Assembly (NCBI RefSeq): GCF_964355755.1
Contig: NC_092673.1
Span: 15,844,948-15,908,947 of the forward strand
Reading direction: 5' to 3'
From: Antedon mediterranea
Lineage: Eukaryota > Animalia > Echinodermata
Length of the DNA stretch: 64,000 nt
The notes beneath the pieces were generated by a model that was not told the DNA's origin, ran no database searches, and saw only the letters and a list, made by a program, of their open reading frames with translations. Below, piece after piece: positions 12,572 to 26,550 of this stretch. A program made the position numbers and the translations under genes. Each line of letters begins with the position of its first letter. Position 1 is the stretch's first letter.

Positions 12572-13025
12572 TACTTTACTTTGCCCATAGCCGTTTTATA
12601 GGCTGTTGGGGCACCGTATATGATTTAACAACTCTCCTCCGAGTGGGCCGGGCCTGTCCTCCGCCATCCTCAGTGTATTACTGTGAGTCAGTTTTCCCCA
12701 CTTCTTCTTGTCTTTCCAGTGTTTCTTGGGTCTTCCTCTTTTCCTCCCACCTGGTACAGTGCCTTGCATGATTGTTTTTGCTTTCGTAATGTGGCCTACG
12801 ATCTCATCTTTCTGATAATGGCAATGGAGAGGAGATCATGTGTTTCGATGGCTGCTCTTACTCTCCTTCAGACTTCTTCATTTGTTTTTCGGTTTTTGTA
12901 TATACTGTATAATCTTTCTGCAGCTCGAAGACTTGAATTTTTCTCTCTAGTTCAGATGTAAGGGTTCATGTTTCACAATAATTTAGAAAGATTGATGTAA
13001 CTAAAGAGTGGAGTAGCCTGATTTT
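12572..13025 (-). mobile_element. 3' fragment of an RTE-clade LINE, decayed
   Basis: Minus-strand translation KIRLLHSLVTSIFLNYCET*TLTSELERKIQVFE...KTIMQGTVPGGRKRGRPKKHW, with stops and frameshifts. Confidence 0.85.
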
Positions 13026-14269
13026 ATGTTTATACTAATACTATTATAATAACAATTTATATTTATTGCTTATTGGTGTTTAGTGTTTCCTTATATTTGT
13101 TTTAAAACATACGTGTGAACATCTCGAACAAGTATACATTGGATACAGACAATATTTTGTCACGCTTGAAATTCGTGATTTCTTGCTCTAAAATAGGTCA
13201 ACAAGATACATTTTGACGAGAGATTTACTTATGAAGCGCAAGTTAAAACAAGACACATGGAGTATGTTTATACAAACAGTTTTGTTTAATAATCTTTCCC
13301 TCTTAAACATTTAAAAACTATTTTGTTTTTCTAGATAATATACACAGTGTTATGAAATGGAATGTTAAGGAGAGACCTAGGGGCAAATACTATTTACACG
13401 TCATGAAATATTACTTGACGGGTTTTCGTGTTACCAGGTAAGAGGAGCATGACTCTTTGTCGCTGCGATCATCCTGATTCTCACTTGGACGCGCGCAACG
13501 ACGAAGGTGCAACCAAGTTAACCAATCAGAAGCGACAGCAGTTCGGGTGATTCATTTTGTGCTTACGTTACGTATTGCGTCCAATGTGAACGAAGTTTAC
13601 ACACGTTGCTTCAAACACAATAAATGCTTGTCATTTAGAATCTCTACAATTTGCGTATACTGTAATTATGATTCTGTTATTAATTAGGTGATTATAATCG
13701 AGATAGGTTGCCTACTTGAAGTGTTGCATGACCAACACAATAATGTAAATGAACGCATGTACATTTCAATCGTATTAGAACAGATTAGACAAGGAATGAG
13801 CATTCAACTATACGAACTCGTCCTAAAACACGTATAAACACGCTCCGGATGATTGAAATTGTAATTCCGTATAGTATTGCAATAAATTTAATTATCAACA
13901 AGTGACAGAAATACAAAGTTAACATCTAGTAGACAATCTGAGTGTGTATGAATTACATTGATTTTAAACATCCATACTTTTTAATACTAACGGTTTCCAT
14001 AACTGTGAAATAATATGCAACTAGAATGGAATGCATTTTGTTTGGCTTAAAGACGCATTGTCCCCCAAAACATGACAAAAAAAGACGACAAAAATCATAC
14101 ATTGAATAGGCCATTGAGCACTGCAGTTATACAGTTATTAATTCTCAGAAAAAACGCCAACAAACAAATACATGAGCAGCGCGTTTTCTACAATTTTTAG
14201 TAGCCTACAAATTTGTATTTGTAGGCTATAGGCCTATTTGAATTTCAAACTTGCAGAAGTTTCGACTTA

Positions 14270-14660
14270 AGCTTCCCTAGAACGCAACGCAGTGATGTAA
14301 ACGCAACGCAGGCGTGTTGACCAATAACAAGCGACAGTTCGAATAATCCATCGCTTGTTATTGGTCAACTCACCTACGTTGCGTTACGTCCTTGCGTTAC
14401 GTTCTAGTGGGAACCAAGCTTCATTGGTCAACTCACTTAAGCGTGGTTCCCACTAGCGACCCAACACAAGGACGTAACGCAACGCAAGTGAATTGACCAA
14501 TCACAAGCGATGGCTTATTCGCTTGTGATTGCTAACTGTCTATAACTTGGCTTGCCATTGGTTAAAACGCTTGCGTTGCGTTTACGTCCTTGCGTTACGT
14601 TCTAGTGGGAACCAAGCTTTACGTTGCGTTACGTCCTTGTGTTGCGTCTCTAGTGGGAAG
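14270..14660. mobile_element. Cluster of family A MITEs with a nested copy at 14440-14618
   Basis: Inner copy has full TIRs and a TTA duplication inside another family copy. Confidence 0.85.
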
Positions 14661-17600
14661 CATAAAGGACAGACAGGAAACTTGGTTTGTGGCACAATTA
14701 CAGATAAAATAAATAGAATTATATAATTTAAACATCCTTTTCTCTCCAAAATCGCCTTATCACACATGCATACAATATGAATTTATAAAACAAATCATGC
14801 TTTGTCCTCCATTCGAATAATGAGAAATCTGATTGCTTGCTTAACATTAAGACGATATATTGAATTCATATTTGAGTACGTTACGGTATTGCTTTATGCT
14901 TGTCTTAATAGCATGAAATATTTCCATATTTATAAATGCTATGAATGTGAACGACCTTAACAGTTGCACAGCAGATGACAGTCTGTCTAATCAGACCTCA
15001 CTCAGCTTCTAATGACACCCGAATGAGCTATTGTGCAAGATTAAAGAAACCGGCGCATTCACTGCTGGTTGAAACATTGAGAAAATGGTACAGGTTTGAA
15101 GGGACAATGAACATAAATAGCTAATAAAATAATATTAATGATTAATTTCATTACAATAAATAATTTTAAATTCTATTTTCATCCAACGCGTAATTAATGT
15201 CCTCTATGTTAATATAATATGTTTTAGTTTTAATTTATTGTCCGTGATTTATATTATCCATTTTAAAGAAATTCAATTACTGTACAAGATTTGAACCAAG
15301 TTATTAAAAAAAATTCCCAAATACACACAATTGAAAATAGTATCTGTGATAACTTGCATTAGGTAATACATTATTGCGCATCACTATGTATGGCTATTTA
15401 AACTATCTTAATAAAATATTGTTTCTTTAAACTGACACCATTAGGCCTATTGACTTTTCCAACTGAGGAAAACATTAACTGTTGTATCTAAAATAAGTTA
15501 ATCTTTTTGTCATTTTTTTGGAAAAATAACTCAATACTAAAAGATATTATTTCTTTTTAGATTCAGCAGCAATAAGTGAAATAACAATCTATTTACAAAT
15601 GATACTGTAACGACCGGTATAGAAAGAATAACAACACACGGAGAGGATGAGATTCAGCACCAAAAATTAAATAATCACCTGCATATACTGAACGACCGGT
15701 AGAAAGAAAAACCACACACAGAGGAGAGCGTGAGCAGTATTCTCATCAGATGGATGCTTAGAGAGATTTGGAAACCGAGGACAAAGATGATTATGGTCTG
15801 GATGGCTGGAAAATCAAACACGCCAACAGATGTATTCTACAAACACGATATTATTTTCGGACACGTCAGGCCTACTTGGGACCTAATGAACAATATTATT
15901 ATTCTGGGAAGTGCGTAACACACATTCGCCAACAATACCACACTGATTTCAACCAGGTGAATCAACCAACGTTTTGTTGAGTTCAATTCTTGCACGATCT
16001 ATTTGTTTATTTCGTTTATAATTTTTGTAGATACACTGAAATAAGAAAGGTCATCACAGGCTGTGGAATTCTATGAATTCAAACCTGAATATATTCATTC
16101 GGGGTTCCCATTTTATCCACGAAAATGTACGGGTCATTATTATTAGACCTAATTGATTTGTGTAGGTCTATTTAGTTGTTTATGTAGTGATTATTGTTAT
16201 ACTGAGTTAAAACACTAATTTCCATCGTATTACGATCTTCTTAATTGATTTTATAGACTTTAATTAGCCAACCTTTGTACGTATACATTCCCCAAGCAGA
16301 TAACTGAATCATTTATGATATTTACAGATGATGGCAAAGAAACAACGAACAAGTTTGATGAGCTTGCTACAACCATAAAAACACAAGAAAACGTGTTAGA
16401 TTTGTGCAGGTATGACAAATCTTTACAAGCATGAGAATGGACGAATTGAATTATCATAATTTTTCAATTTTGTCATATTATTTATGAAAACCTGATATAA
16501 AAACAAACAAACACAGATGTTCCATAACGTATTAGGCCTAATCCTAATTTATTTATATTATATATAAATTATAAAACATATATTCATTTATTGTATTTAG
16601 TTAAAGAAAAAATCAAGGTAATGCAATTGAATGAGAATGACGAAAAAATGTAATTAAATTAAATATAATGTAATGTATCAACATTTTCACATGTATCAAA
16701 TTCCAATGTTGACTTTATTTGCGCGATTTATTTTAGGACGAGCATGATATTAATAAGTGTTATTACAAGTATGACAAACGTACGTTTGTTGAATGTTTTT
16801 CATTCAAATGGTTATTCAATGCGTAACTATGAAATTTAATTTAAGAAACCATAAGTCGTCACCGAAAGCCTGAAAGGTCAAAAGGTGATGCTCTATATAC
16901 TATACTTTTGAATTACTGGTACATAATTTTCTGATAGGAATGTCTAATTTCGTGTTTGTGTATAATAAAAAAAACATGCATAGTAATAGTACTGAAGTAT
17001 AGTCAACGTTCAACGGTATGTCCTTTGCAATAAAAAAAAAGAATAAGAATTAAGTGATTTCAGTGAAATTTCAGAATGACAACTGTTAACATGTCACAGG
17101 TTTGGCAACATATTTTGTAAATGAAATTGATAATAATATCATTACTCAACCAAACTCACTATGTCACGGCGTGACCTTTCGTTCTAAAAACCTTAATAAC
17201 AAAGCGAGAAATATTAACATTGCTGGGATATGTATATACTTTATCATAAAATCGATTTACATTTCTTTCTATGCCAGTGAGATATACTCAAACGATACTT
17301 CATACGAATATTCGATATGTCTGCTAAAATTAATTACCTTGTATCATATACTAGTCGAATATTCTTGTGAACAAGTCATGACCTTTTCAAGAACATTGCT
17401 TTATATTTATTTTTTTCTGTTTTTAATTACCATTTTTAAACGGCCAGATTATGTCTTTGTACATGTTAAAAAGTTGTACTTGGATGCAATTTTTCAATTT
17501 ATTTTTTCATGTTCGTGCTTTTTTCTTTCGATAATACATGTAAACTTGCCATTCAATTACATATCGCATTTTGAATTATAGAAAGCACTGACCGACAGAA

Positions 17601-18494
17601 GCATATCGTATAGCCCTTATAATTAGAGATTAGGAAAAACAATTGTAGATTTTCGATCAATACAATATGAGCCGTCGGCAAACTTTTATGTAAATGTTGA
17701 TAACGATCATTTCATTTTAACCTGTCTAATATGGGGATATCGGCATCTATTCACAGTGTCAAATTTATTTAACTAACGAGTCCAAACCATTAAAGATGAA
17801 ATCGTTTTGAGATTTTCATTTTTCACTTGCAATGATCGTTAAATGACTTTCATATAAAGGCCTTTGTACACATCGTGATACCACTTGACTTAATTCAGAA
17901 ATAATATAGCACAGTTATCAAAACATTTTTAAAAACCCTAATCAGGGAAGACTTCATCCTTCCTGGTCCTAATTATGTAATCTCTAAAGTAAGTACCTGG
18001 TTAAGGTAATAGGCCTAGTTTGAGGTTTAGGGTAAAATGTAGGTGACATTTTGCCAGGGTGGTGGGGGAGAAGGGCGTGAATAGGTCAACACTGTTGCGG
18101 TTCTTGTCATCAACTCCGAGAACTAAACTTAATTGATATTTGTATACCTGGCGCTAATTATTATGATTCATATCTGCAAGAATGGCTTGTGACAAGCATA
18201 TATCCACTTTGAATACAGGTGCTTTTAAATCAGTTTAATTGAGGCCTGATTGTTTAACTGAACGTTCAACATTAATTTGAAAATTAATAATACTAACGAA
18301 ATGAATTGATGAATGCCTTCTTTATCTTTAATAACCAGGGGATTTATTAATTTACATGTGTCCTCTAATAAAAAGGAATATAAACTATGTATGTTTGCAA
18401 TTATAACATTATGAAATTGTGTATGACCAAATACATTTTAAGTTAATCGTTACTATCTTTTCAGCTGCGGTCGCATGGTACGAACACAGCTTAC

Positions 18495-19015
18495 CATGAA
18501 CTGGAGGTGTCATGGTTGTCGAAACTTGTGAACATTACTCCACTATGTACCAGATGTGTGGTATGGTTGTCGGAGTAGGGAGATTTATCTAATAATGAAC
18601 CAGGTGTGTGGCATAGTTGTCGAAGTATGGACAACATTCTAATATGGTCAGAGTTGTGGAATGGTTGTGGAAAATAATCCAATATGGACCAGATGTGTGG
18701 CATGGTTGTCGGAGTAGGGAGATTCCTCTAATAATGACCAGAGGTGTGGCATAGTTGTTGAAAACGTATGGACATTACTCTAATATGGACGAAATGTGTG
18801 GCATTAGTTGTCGAAGTATGGACAATATTCTAATATGGTCAGAGGTGTGGAATGGTTGTGGAAAATACTCCAATATGGACCAGATGTGTGTCGTGGTTGT
18901 CGGAGTAGGGACATTTCTCTAATATGGACCAGAAGTGTAGCATGGTTGTCAAAACGTGTGAATATTACTCTAATATGAACCAGAGGTGAGAATTGTCGAA
19001 AACGTGTGGACAGAG
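18495..19015. repeat. Degenerate tandem repeat of about 45-49 bp
   Basis: atggaccagatgtgtggcatggttgtcggagtagggacatttctctaat-like units. Confidence 0.85.
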
Positions 19016-21349
19016 GTGACATTTTTATCAACAACAATACATTCTAATATGAATGTTTGTCATACAGTAGCTACTATAACTTGAATTGAATACACACCGA
19101 ACAATATAAATCTTAATTAGAGCCCATTCAGAACATTATTACTTGACTGTGAGATGTTTGACAGGAGTTCCTGTTCAAATAAGTATCGAATATCCCTCCC
19201 GTTCGTTAAATTGTTAAAATAGAAATATAGCAGGAGTTCATTACAATCATGAAAAGCTGAGTAGCCTAGATAATTCAGCCTTCGGCGATATATCGTTAAG
19301 TCAATCAATAGTCACAATATAATGTGCCTCCTCATAATATGTGTAGGCCTACCTCTTTAATATAATAAAAATATGCAGATTGGATATGTGGCATGGCATT
19401 AAAATACGCTGCACGTGACTCGTATAGTACCGTATAGATTCACAATGATATGTATAATAATCAATTCTTGATACCCTTAGGCTGGCCTATAATGTATGGT
19501 TTCCCTTACATTTATTTGGGACGTTTGGAACAGATATTTCGAGAGTTCATTGCAACCTGAATGGTCAATACCGATAGATTTAAACCGACACTGAGTAGTT
19601 TCAGAAAGCTTAACAAATAAAGTTTCTCAACAACAAAATGAATACTGCATGCTGTAGGCTATATTATTATTTATTATTTAACGAAACTTTAATAAAATAT
19701 TATTATGCATTTAAAGCACAATATTGCTATAATACAATATTTGGGTATGGTTTTGTTCTTGCATTTATAATAAATTCAAATCTCAAGTACACCACATCTA
19801 AATCAATAATGCAATATGTTCCAGTTAATCAAGACAAGAATTGACATATTTCAGTCGCGTCTCCTGATGGACATTATTGAGAATATGCATAATTATTTAG
19901 CTTTATGAATAATATGAGTTGAAAACCACACCATAAGGACAGCTTATTATTTGGGAGTGGACAATTGCTAAATCATTATTACTTTTATTTGTATTGCTTT
20001 CCAGTAATACAATACGTTTGAGACGGTAACTTGTGTGGATGTTGAGTCAGACTGTGTTGAGTGCTCTGGCATGGATTGTGCAGAATCGTAAATTATAAGT
20101 TTATCACTCGAACACGACGCACAATCTACCGCATTGATGCAATTTACGCTGAAAGTTTTTCTGTTTGAGGTGAAAATTAGACTGAAGGTTTCTTTTAAAA
20201 GTTGTACCGAATATGCAACCCATTGGTTCCCACTTGGACGCAACGCAAATACGTAAGCGCAACGCAAATGATTTGACATGCGACAGTGGGGGTGATCATC
20301 GCGTCAAATTACGTTCTTGCATTACGTCTAAATCCAAGCTTAACTTGCCATTGCCCAGCAGTACCAAGTTAACGTTGTATAGGTATCTCTAATCGGTTCA
20401 ATATTGTTCAATATCAGATTAATTAAAACAATTTAATATACTTACCAAATACACCAGTATTTACAGACAATATTCGCAGTTCCACTTTAAGTTACAAATT
20501 CAGTAAGAGTAGGCCTATTAGGTTAGTCAAATAATTGTCTCTAGATATATGTGTACGCTACGAACCAAGAGCAATGCGTCTAATAGAAAAGACTAACATT
20601 TTTTGTTATTTAAGCAGTACACGGAATCACTATCAATATCCTCATTGGTTCCGCGTAAAACAATAAAATACTCATTGCATACTGTGATTGGTTGGATTTG
20701 TTCATGTGCAGTAGGCGTTTCGTTCAATACAGGTGATTGCAATATAATTTCCCTGATATATAATCTACGATCGCAAAGAAGCAATATTGTAGGCCTAACA
20801 ATAACGGCTTATCTAAATTATTGAACCCGTTGAATCCAACGAAATTAAGCCGTCTGTTTGCAATTGGATATACGACGGCAACTGTATCAATCAGAGCCTA
20901 ATAAAAGAATCGTCCTATAAACAGTTTAGCCAAACAATTGCAGCTGGATAATGCAGGATATAAACTTAGATATCTTTCATTCATTAATCAAACAATAAAA
21001 TGATTTAAATCCTGCAAGAATGGAATCGGTGTTAGAAGTCATCATACAGTATCCGTGTATAGTGATGATGCACATAGTGATATATGCCTGTATGTTGCTA
21101 TATACATGACACATGCACGTATATTACTATATGATGATATATACACGTATGCTGCAGGTGCTTACCTTAGTGAGCACCAGCATACGTGTATATATTATCA
21201 TACTGTATGATGATATGACATATGCACGTATATACCTGACATATGCACGTATATACTATATGGTGATGTATGTTTGTATTTTGTTATTAGGCCCTACATG
21301 GTCAGATAGTTAAGCCCATAATTGCTCTATATTTTACACGCATATAATT

Positions 21350-22570
21350 ATTTTATCTCGAAAAATGGCCAAAACATTAAATTTTTCAAATAATGTACGA
21401 GGTAACATGCACAGACTATGTTATGTGATTCTGCGCATGTCAAATTATGATATAGTATGCCTAAAAGTTATGTAAATGCGCAGACCACATTAAGTGATTA
21501 TGTGCGCATGTAAGTTATGTCAAAAAAAATTTAAAAGTTGGCATTTGGCCATTTTTCGAAAAATGCCAAAATATCGACTTTTAAAAATATGTATTGTGGA
21601 AACATCATGCGAATCTGCGCATGGCAAACTATGATATAGTAACCAATTATGTCAATACGGAGACCACATGTGATTTTTTGGAAAAATTCCCTGTATCAGA
21701 AAAACGCCAAATTATTGACTTGAAGTAACATGCGCAGAACACATTATCTGATCGTGCGCATGTCACATTACCGTATGACATGGTAACCTGAAAAGGTTGA
21801 AATGTGGCAATTTTTCTGAAAAAAATATAGAATATAGTAACCATTTATGTCGATGCATATATGTGATTCTGCGCGTGTCACATTATGACATAGTAGGCCT
21901 AACCAGTTATGTTAATGCGCAGACCACGTGTGATTCTCCGCATGTCATATTATGATATAGCAACCAATTATATAACAAAATAAAAATGATTGGAATTTGA
22001 CCGTTTTTCGAAAAAACGCCAAAATATCGACTTTGAAAAATATGTGATGTAACAAGCCAAGAGCATATTATTATGTGATTCTGCGCACGTCACATTATCA
22101 TATTGTCATTTATGTCAATGCGCAGACCACATTATTATGTGATTTTGTGCATGTCATTTTATGATATAGTAACCAGTTATGTCAAAAAAATAAAAAAGTT
22201 GAAATTTTGCCGGTTTTTTTGGAAAATATGGCCAAATTGTTGTCATTTTTTGGACGTAACTGGTTACTATATCATAATGTTACATGCCCAGAATCACATA
22301 AATGTGCTCTGTGCATGTTACCTCAACACATTATTTAAAAATTATTTGGTACTATTAGTGCAGGGACTTTTATATCGACATTTTAAAATATGTATTGAGG
22401 TAATATGCGCAGAGCACATTGTGTGATTCTGCGTCACATTATGATATAGTAACCAGTTATGTCAATGTGGTACATTATGATATAATAACCAATACAAATG
22501 GTCTCAATTTTACCATTTTCAAAAATGTCACTGTCCTGTACAAAATATTGACTTTTTAAAATATGTATTC
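21350..22570. repeat. Degenerate complex repeat, probably the interior of a non-autonomous element
   Basis: Recurrent atgtgattctgcgcatgtcacattatgatatagtaaccagttatgtcaa and aaaatatcgacttt; one inverted unit at about 22255-22345. Confidence 0.75.
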
Positions 22571-25467
22571 ACGTACAGACCAAATTTTGTTACCAGTTCC
22601 GTCAACGTTACAGGGAGTAAAGTAAACGAACCCATTTTTTTAAAAACAATCTCTGTAAAATGTTACTGAAACAGTCGGACAGTGATAGGATTGATCTAGC
22701 ATTGATTAAATCAGCTATTATTAAAATTCAACCGCGTCAAATAAACCATACAGAGGAAATGCAATGACGAAACAAAAACCTAGAATTTATGTCGAATTAG
22801 AACAAACATAGAATGATTTGTGGACATGTGGGGATCATCTATGTGTGATCCCATTTTCCTACAGTATCTACTCATAGGCCTACACATTAAACAGAGCGGC
22901 GATACTCATCTGTGCTCATGGGGGACGATACAGATTAAACGGAGCGGCAAACACGGATTTGATTTATTTACGTGTACTAAATATTGAAATGTTTTTTTAT
23001 CGGCACATTAATACAAAAAGATAAAAAGTAATGTGTTCTTACAGCTAGCCTGGGCCCACTATGCATTAACACGCAAAGTTAAAACCTATCCTGGGTTCAT
23101 ACAGGAAAATGTATCTAAGCGCTTAAGGCGTTACCATTAGACACGTCCTTGTATGAATTATACATAAACATTATATCTGGTAAAACGACTAAAATGCATA
23201 GGCAAGTGAGTACTCTTTGTCGGTATTTCAATAAAACAATCAAGAATAATATATTATTAAAGTGGAAAGCACACGCAGTCGTTCGTGTACGTATAATTCC
23301 AACCACTAAGTCCTCCGTCATAACTTATAGATACTTTTGTATTAACAGAATACGAATAATAATAATCTCCAAACTTTGTTATACAACTTACTATATTACC
23401 ATGACGGATAATAAGTGGTGTTGATTGAATATGTATTAATAAAACATTTAACGCAAATTTGAATAACATTCAGAAATTAAAACTAATGTCAATACGCTTA
23501 AGGTTAATTGTTTCGATGTTCTTGTAGAAGTAATGGAATGGTTGAACGAATTGTCAGTGACATCATTAAGATTCAAAACGTTAAAAGTATAAAGCTGTAT
23601 ACTCGTCAATTGTGATGTACACCTAATGGAATATTATAACTGCAGGGGATAATGATATATAAAATGATCGTGTTTGTGACAGCAATGGGAATGATATATA
23701 ATACAAGTACGTGTTATGTGTACATATTAGTGATTTGGGTGACGAGATTCAATAAAATCATTTAAACTGATCATTGTTAATGCTTATAAAAACGGTGGAC
23801 GTCGACATCCCATTAGCTACGAACATGAACATTTTACAAATGAAATATAATATTTAATAAAATAATAAAATTAAGACCGTTGACAATCACCGGGGAATAG
23901 TGTCGCTTTATATCATTCAAAAACTGTCTCATTCCGTTATTAATACATATGTCACATTAATACATATGTCACATTACTGCTAAAATTATCTTTTCTCTGA
24001 ATACGGTGAAGCTGCAGACATAACATTCCATTCGTCATACATTCCAATTATTAAAGTTTTATAGCAACATTTTGACAAATTCTGTTTTTTTTTACCATTG
24101 TACACTGTTTTGTCATGTTTTATGTTACACATTTATAAATTATGTACATTTAACCAAATATTTATATCTAAAATTCATGCCTGTATTTACAACATTAAAC
24201 ATTAAACAAAAGGCATTTAGATAAAACAATTATTAGAGAATAAGACACTAAGATGTAGTCACTCTCATGACTTGTGACCCAATAGATCTACATAGCTTAA
24301 TTACTTAGCCTACAAAGTTTAAGCTTGATTTCCATTTGCAATATTTTATATCGTAAATACAAATTGTAAGTAGTTGGTGACATCGGGTATGAAGCGTCTC
24401 ACATACGCGCAGAGCCAAAATCGCATCTTGGACCTGCTCTAACCTTACGGTTTTCATTAAATATAGGCCCTATCATTGCATGCTATCATTCTAAATTTCT
24501 AACTTTCAAACTTTTGCATTCCTCTTTTTTCATTTCATCCTTTTTATCTTGGTGAAAAGGGAGGATACTACATTTTCCTCCCCTGAGTTTATAGCCTCTC
24601 TACTCGAACACAAATAAGATCACAAATAAGATAGTTTTAATTTTAATCATGTATTTTACCGCCATTTTTCATTTTTACAATTTAATTAACATCGTATCTA
24701 AAATTTTAATGAAAACAAATATGGTTAATACTGAATTCAAGCATCTTATTATGTAAATATACCTGTATTTTAACTACTTTAAACACTTACTTTTAATTGT
24801 CACAAATGTACTTATACGTATATAATATATTCACCAATGAGAATTTAAATAAACGTAAGATGCACACAAGACAAAAAAAAAAGATGCAACGCAAGGACGT
24901 AAACACAACGCAAGCGTGTTGACCAATGACCGGCAACAGTTCGAATAATCCATCGCTTGTGATTTGCCAACTCACTTAGATTGTGTCTACATCCTTGCGT
25001 TGTGTTCTAGTGAGAACCAAACAATAAGAATGTGTATTGTGTGTATACGAGTGTAGCTGCAGACAGAACATTCCATTCATCATACATTTCAATTAATAAC
25101 GTTTTATTGCAAAATTTTGACAAATTATGTTTTTTACCATTGTAAATTGTGTTGTCATGTTTTATCTTACACAATTATAAATGATGTACATTTAACCAAA
25201 TATCATGCCAGTAGTATTAACAACATTCAACATTAAACACACCATTTTTTTGAGATACAAGTAGTACCAACATTTACATACATGAATGATAAAAAGTTAA
25301 ACTAAACTTTGTAAACTTACAGAGGCCTATATTATCTACCACAATAATATACATTTCAATAAACAATTATAAATAAACAGTATGTAGGCACGTAATGTTC
25401 CAATGTGTATGTTATTTACAAACATACACTTATAAGATGAAAATACAAATAACTGTTATTACTACTA

Positions 25468-25889
25468 GCAAAGAACTTATAACACAAGAATCTCCTGTTC
25501 TTCAATTCTTCATTCAAAACACAGTATCGGAAGTACAGGGTTAAAAGGTCAAACTGGGCGACGCCATTTCACAGCATGGAGCAGCGCCCCCTCCAAACTA
25601 GGAAGTCAATTACTCTACCCCCCCCCCCCCCTCCCCTAGAGTATTAGCAGATCCCCTCTATGATTTTGACTTTCTAATTTGATGCGGGCGCCCTACTTCT
25701 CAGTCAATTACTCTATCCCCCCTAGAGCATTAGCAGACTGATCCCCTCTATGATTTTGACTTTCTAATTTGATGCGGGCGCCCTACTCCATGGCTCACAA
25801 TGGCACCACCCACAGCTCTATTCTATCCCACAATGCCTTTCGAAATTGTTACGGACGAACAGGAGATTCTTGTGTTATAAGTTCTTTGC
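25468..25889. mobile_element. TA-flanked MITE with a perfect TIR of about 33 bp
   Basis: GCAAAGAACTTATAACACAAGAATCTCCTGTTC and its reverse complement at the far end; internal two-copy duplication. Confidence 0.85.
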
Positions 25890-26209
25890 TACTAGGCTTT
25901 AGAATTATAACAAAAGTAGGACAATTAAAGATGTCATGACAGTAGGGGGCAGCAGATTCAGATTTGGGATGTTTTCTTTAATGCTTCTTAAAGTTTAAAA
26001 ACATTTTAGCTTTCCATATATTAATGTAATGTAGATAAATTATACAAATACAATAAAAAAAACTCTTTGATCAAAATCAGGAGTATTTTTTCTTTAGGTC
26101 CAAAAGGCATTTAGATAAAACAATTAAAGAGAATAAAACAATGTAGTCACTCTCATGACTTGTGACCCAATAGACCTACATAGCTTAATTACTTAGCCTA
26201 CCAAGTTTA

Positions 26210-26550
26210 AGCTTGATTCACATTAGGATGCAACGCAAGGACGTAAACACAACGCAAGCGTGTTGACCAATGACCGGCGACAGTTCGAATAATCCATCGC
26301 TTGTGATTTGCCAACTCACTTAAGCTTGGTTCCCACTAGAACGTAACGCAAGGATGTAAACGCAACGTAAGCGTTTTAACCAATGAGAAGCGAAGTTATA
26401 GACAGTTAGCAATCACAAGCGAATAAGCCATCGCTTGTGATTGGTCAATTCACTTGCATTGCGTTACGTCCTTGCGTTGCTTCGCTAGTGGGAACCACGC
26501 TTAAGGTTGCGTCTACATCCTTGCATTGCGTCCTAGTGAGAACAAAGCTT
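26210..26550. mobile_element. Family A MITE containing a nested copy at 26323-26501
   Basis: Inner TIRs agcttggttcccactag / ctagtgggaaccacgct. Confidence 0.85.

Noticed and set aside
17102-17581. 159-aa plus-strand ORF
   Set aside because: TTG start, AT-rich composition, no motif; probably chance
18495-19015. Repeat as a neuropeptide precursor for the nearby receptor
   Set aside because: Unit lengths vary out of frame, stops are frequent, and there is no dibasic or amidation pattern
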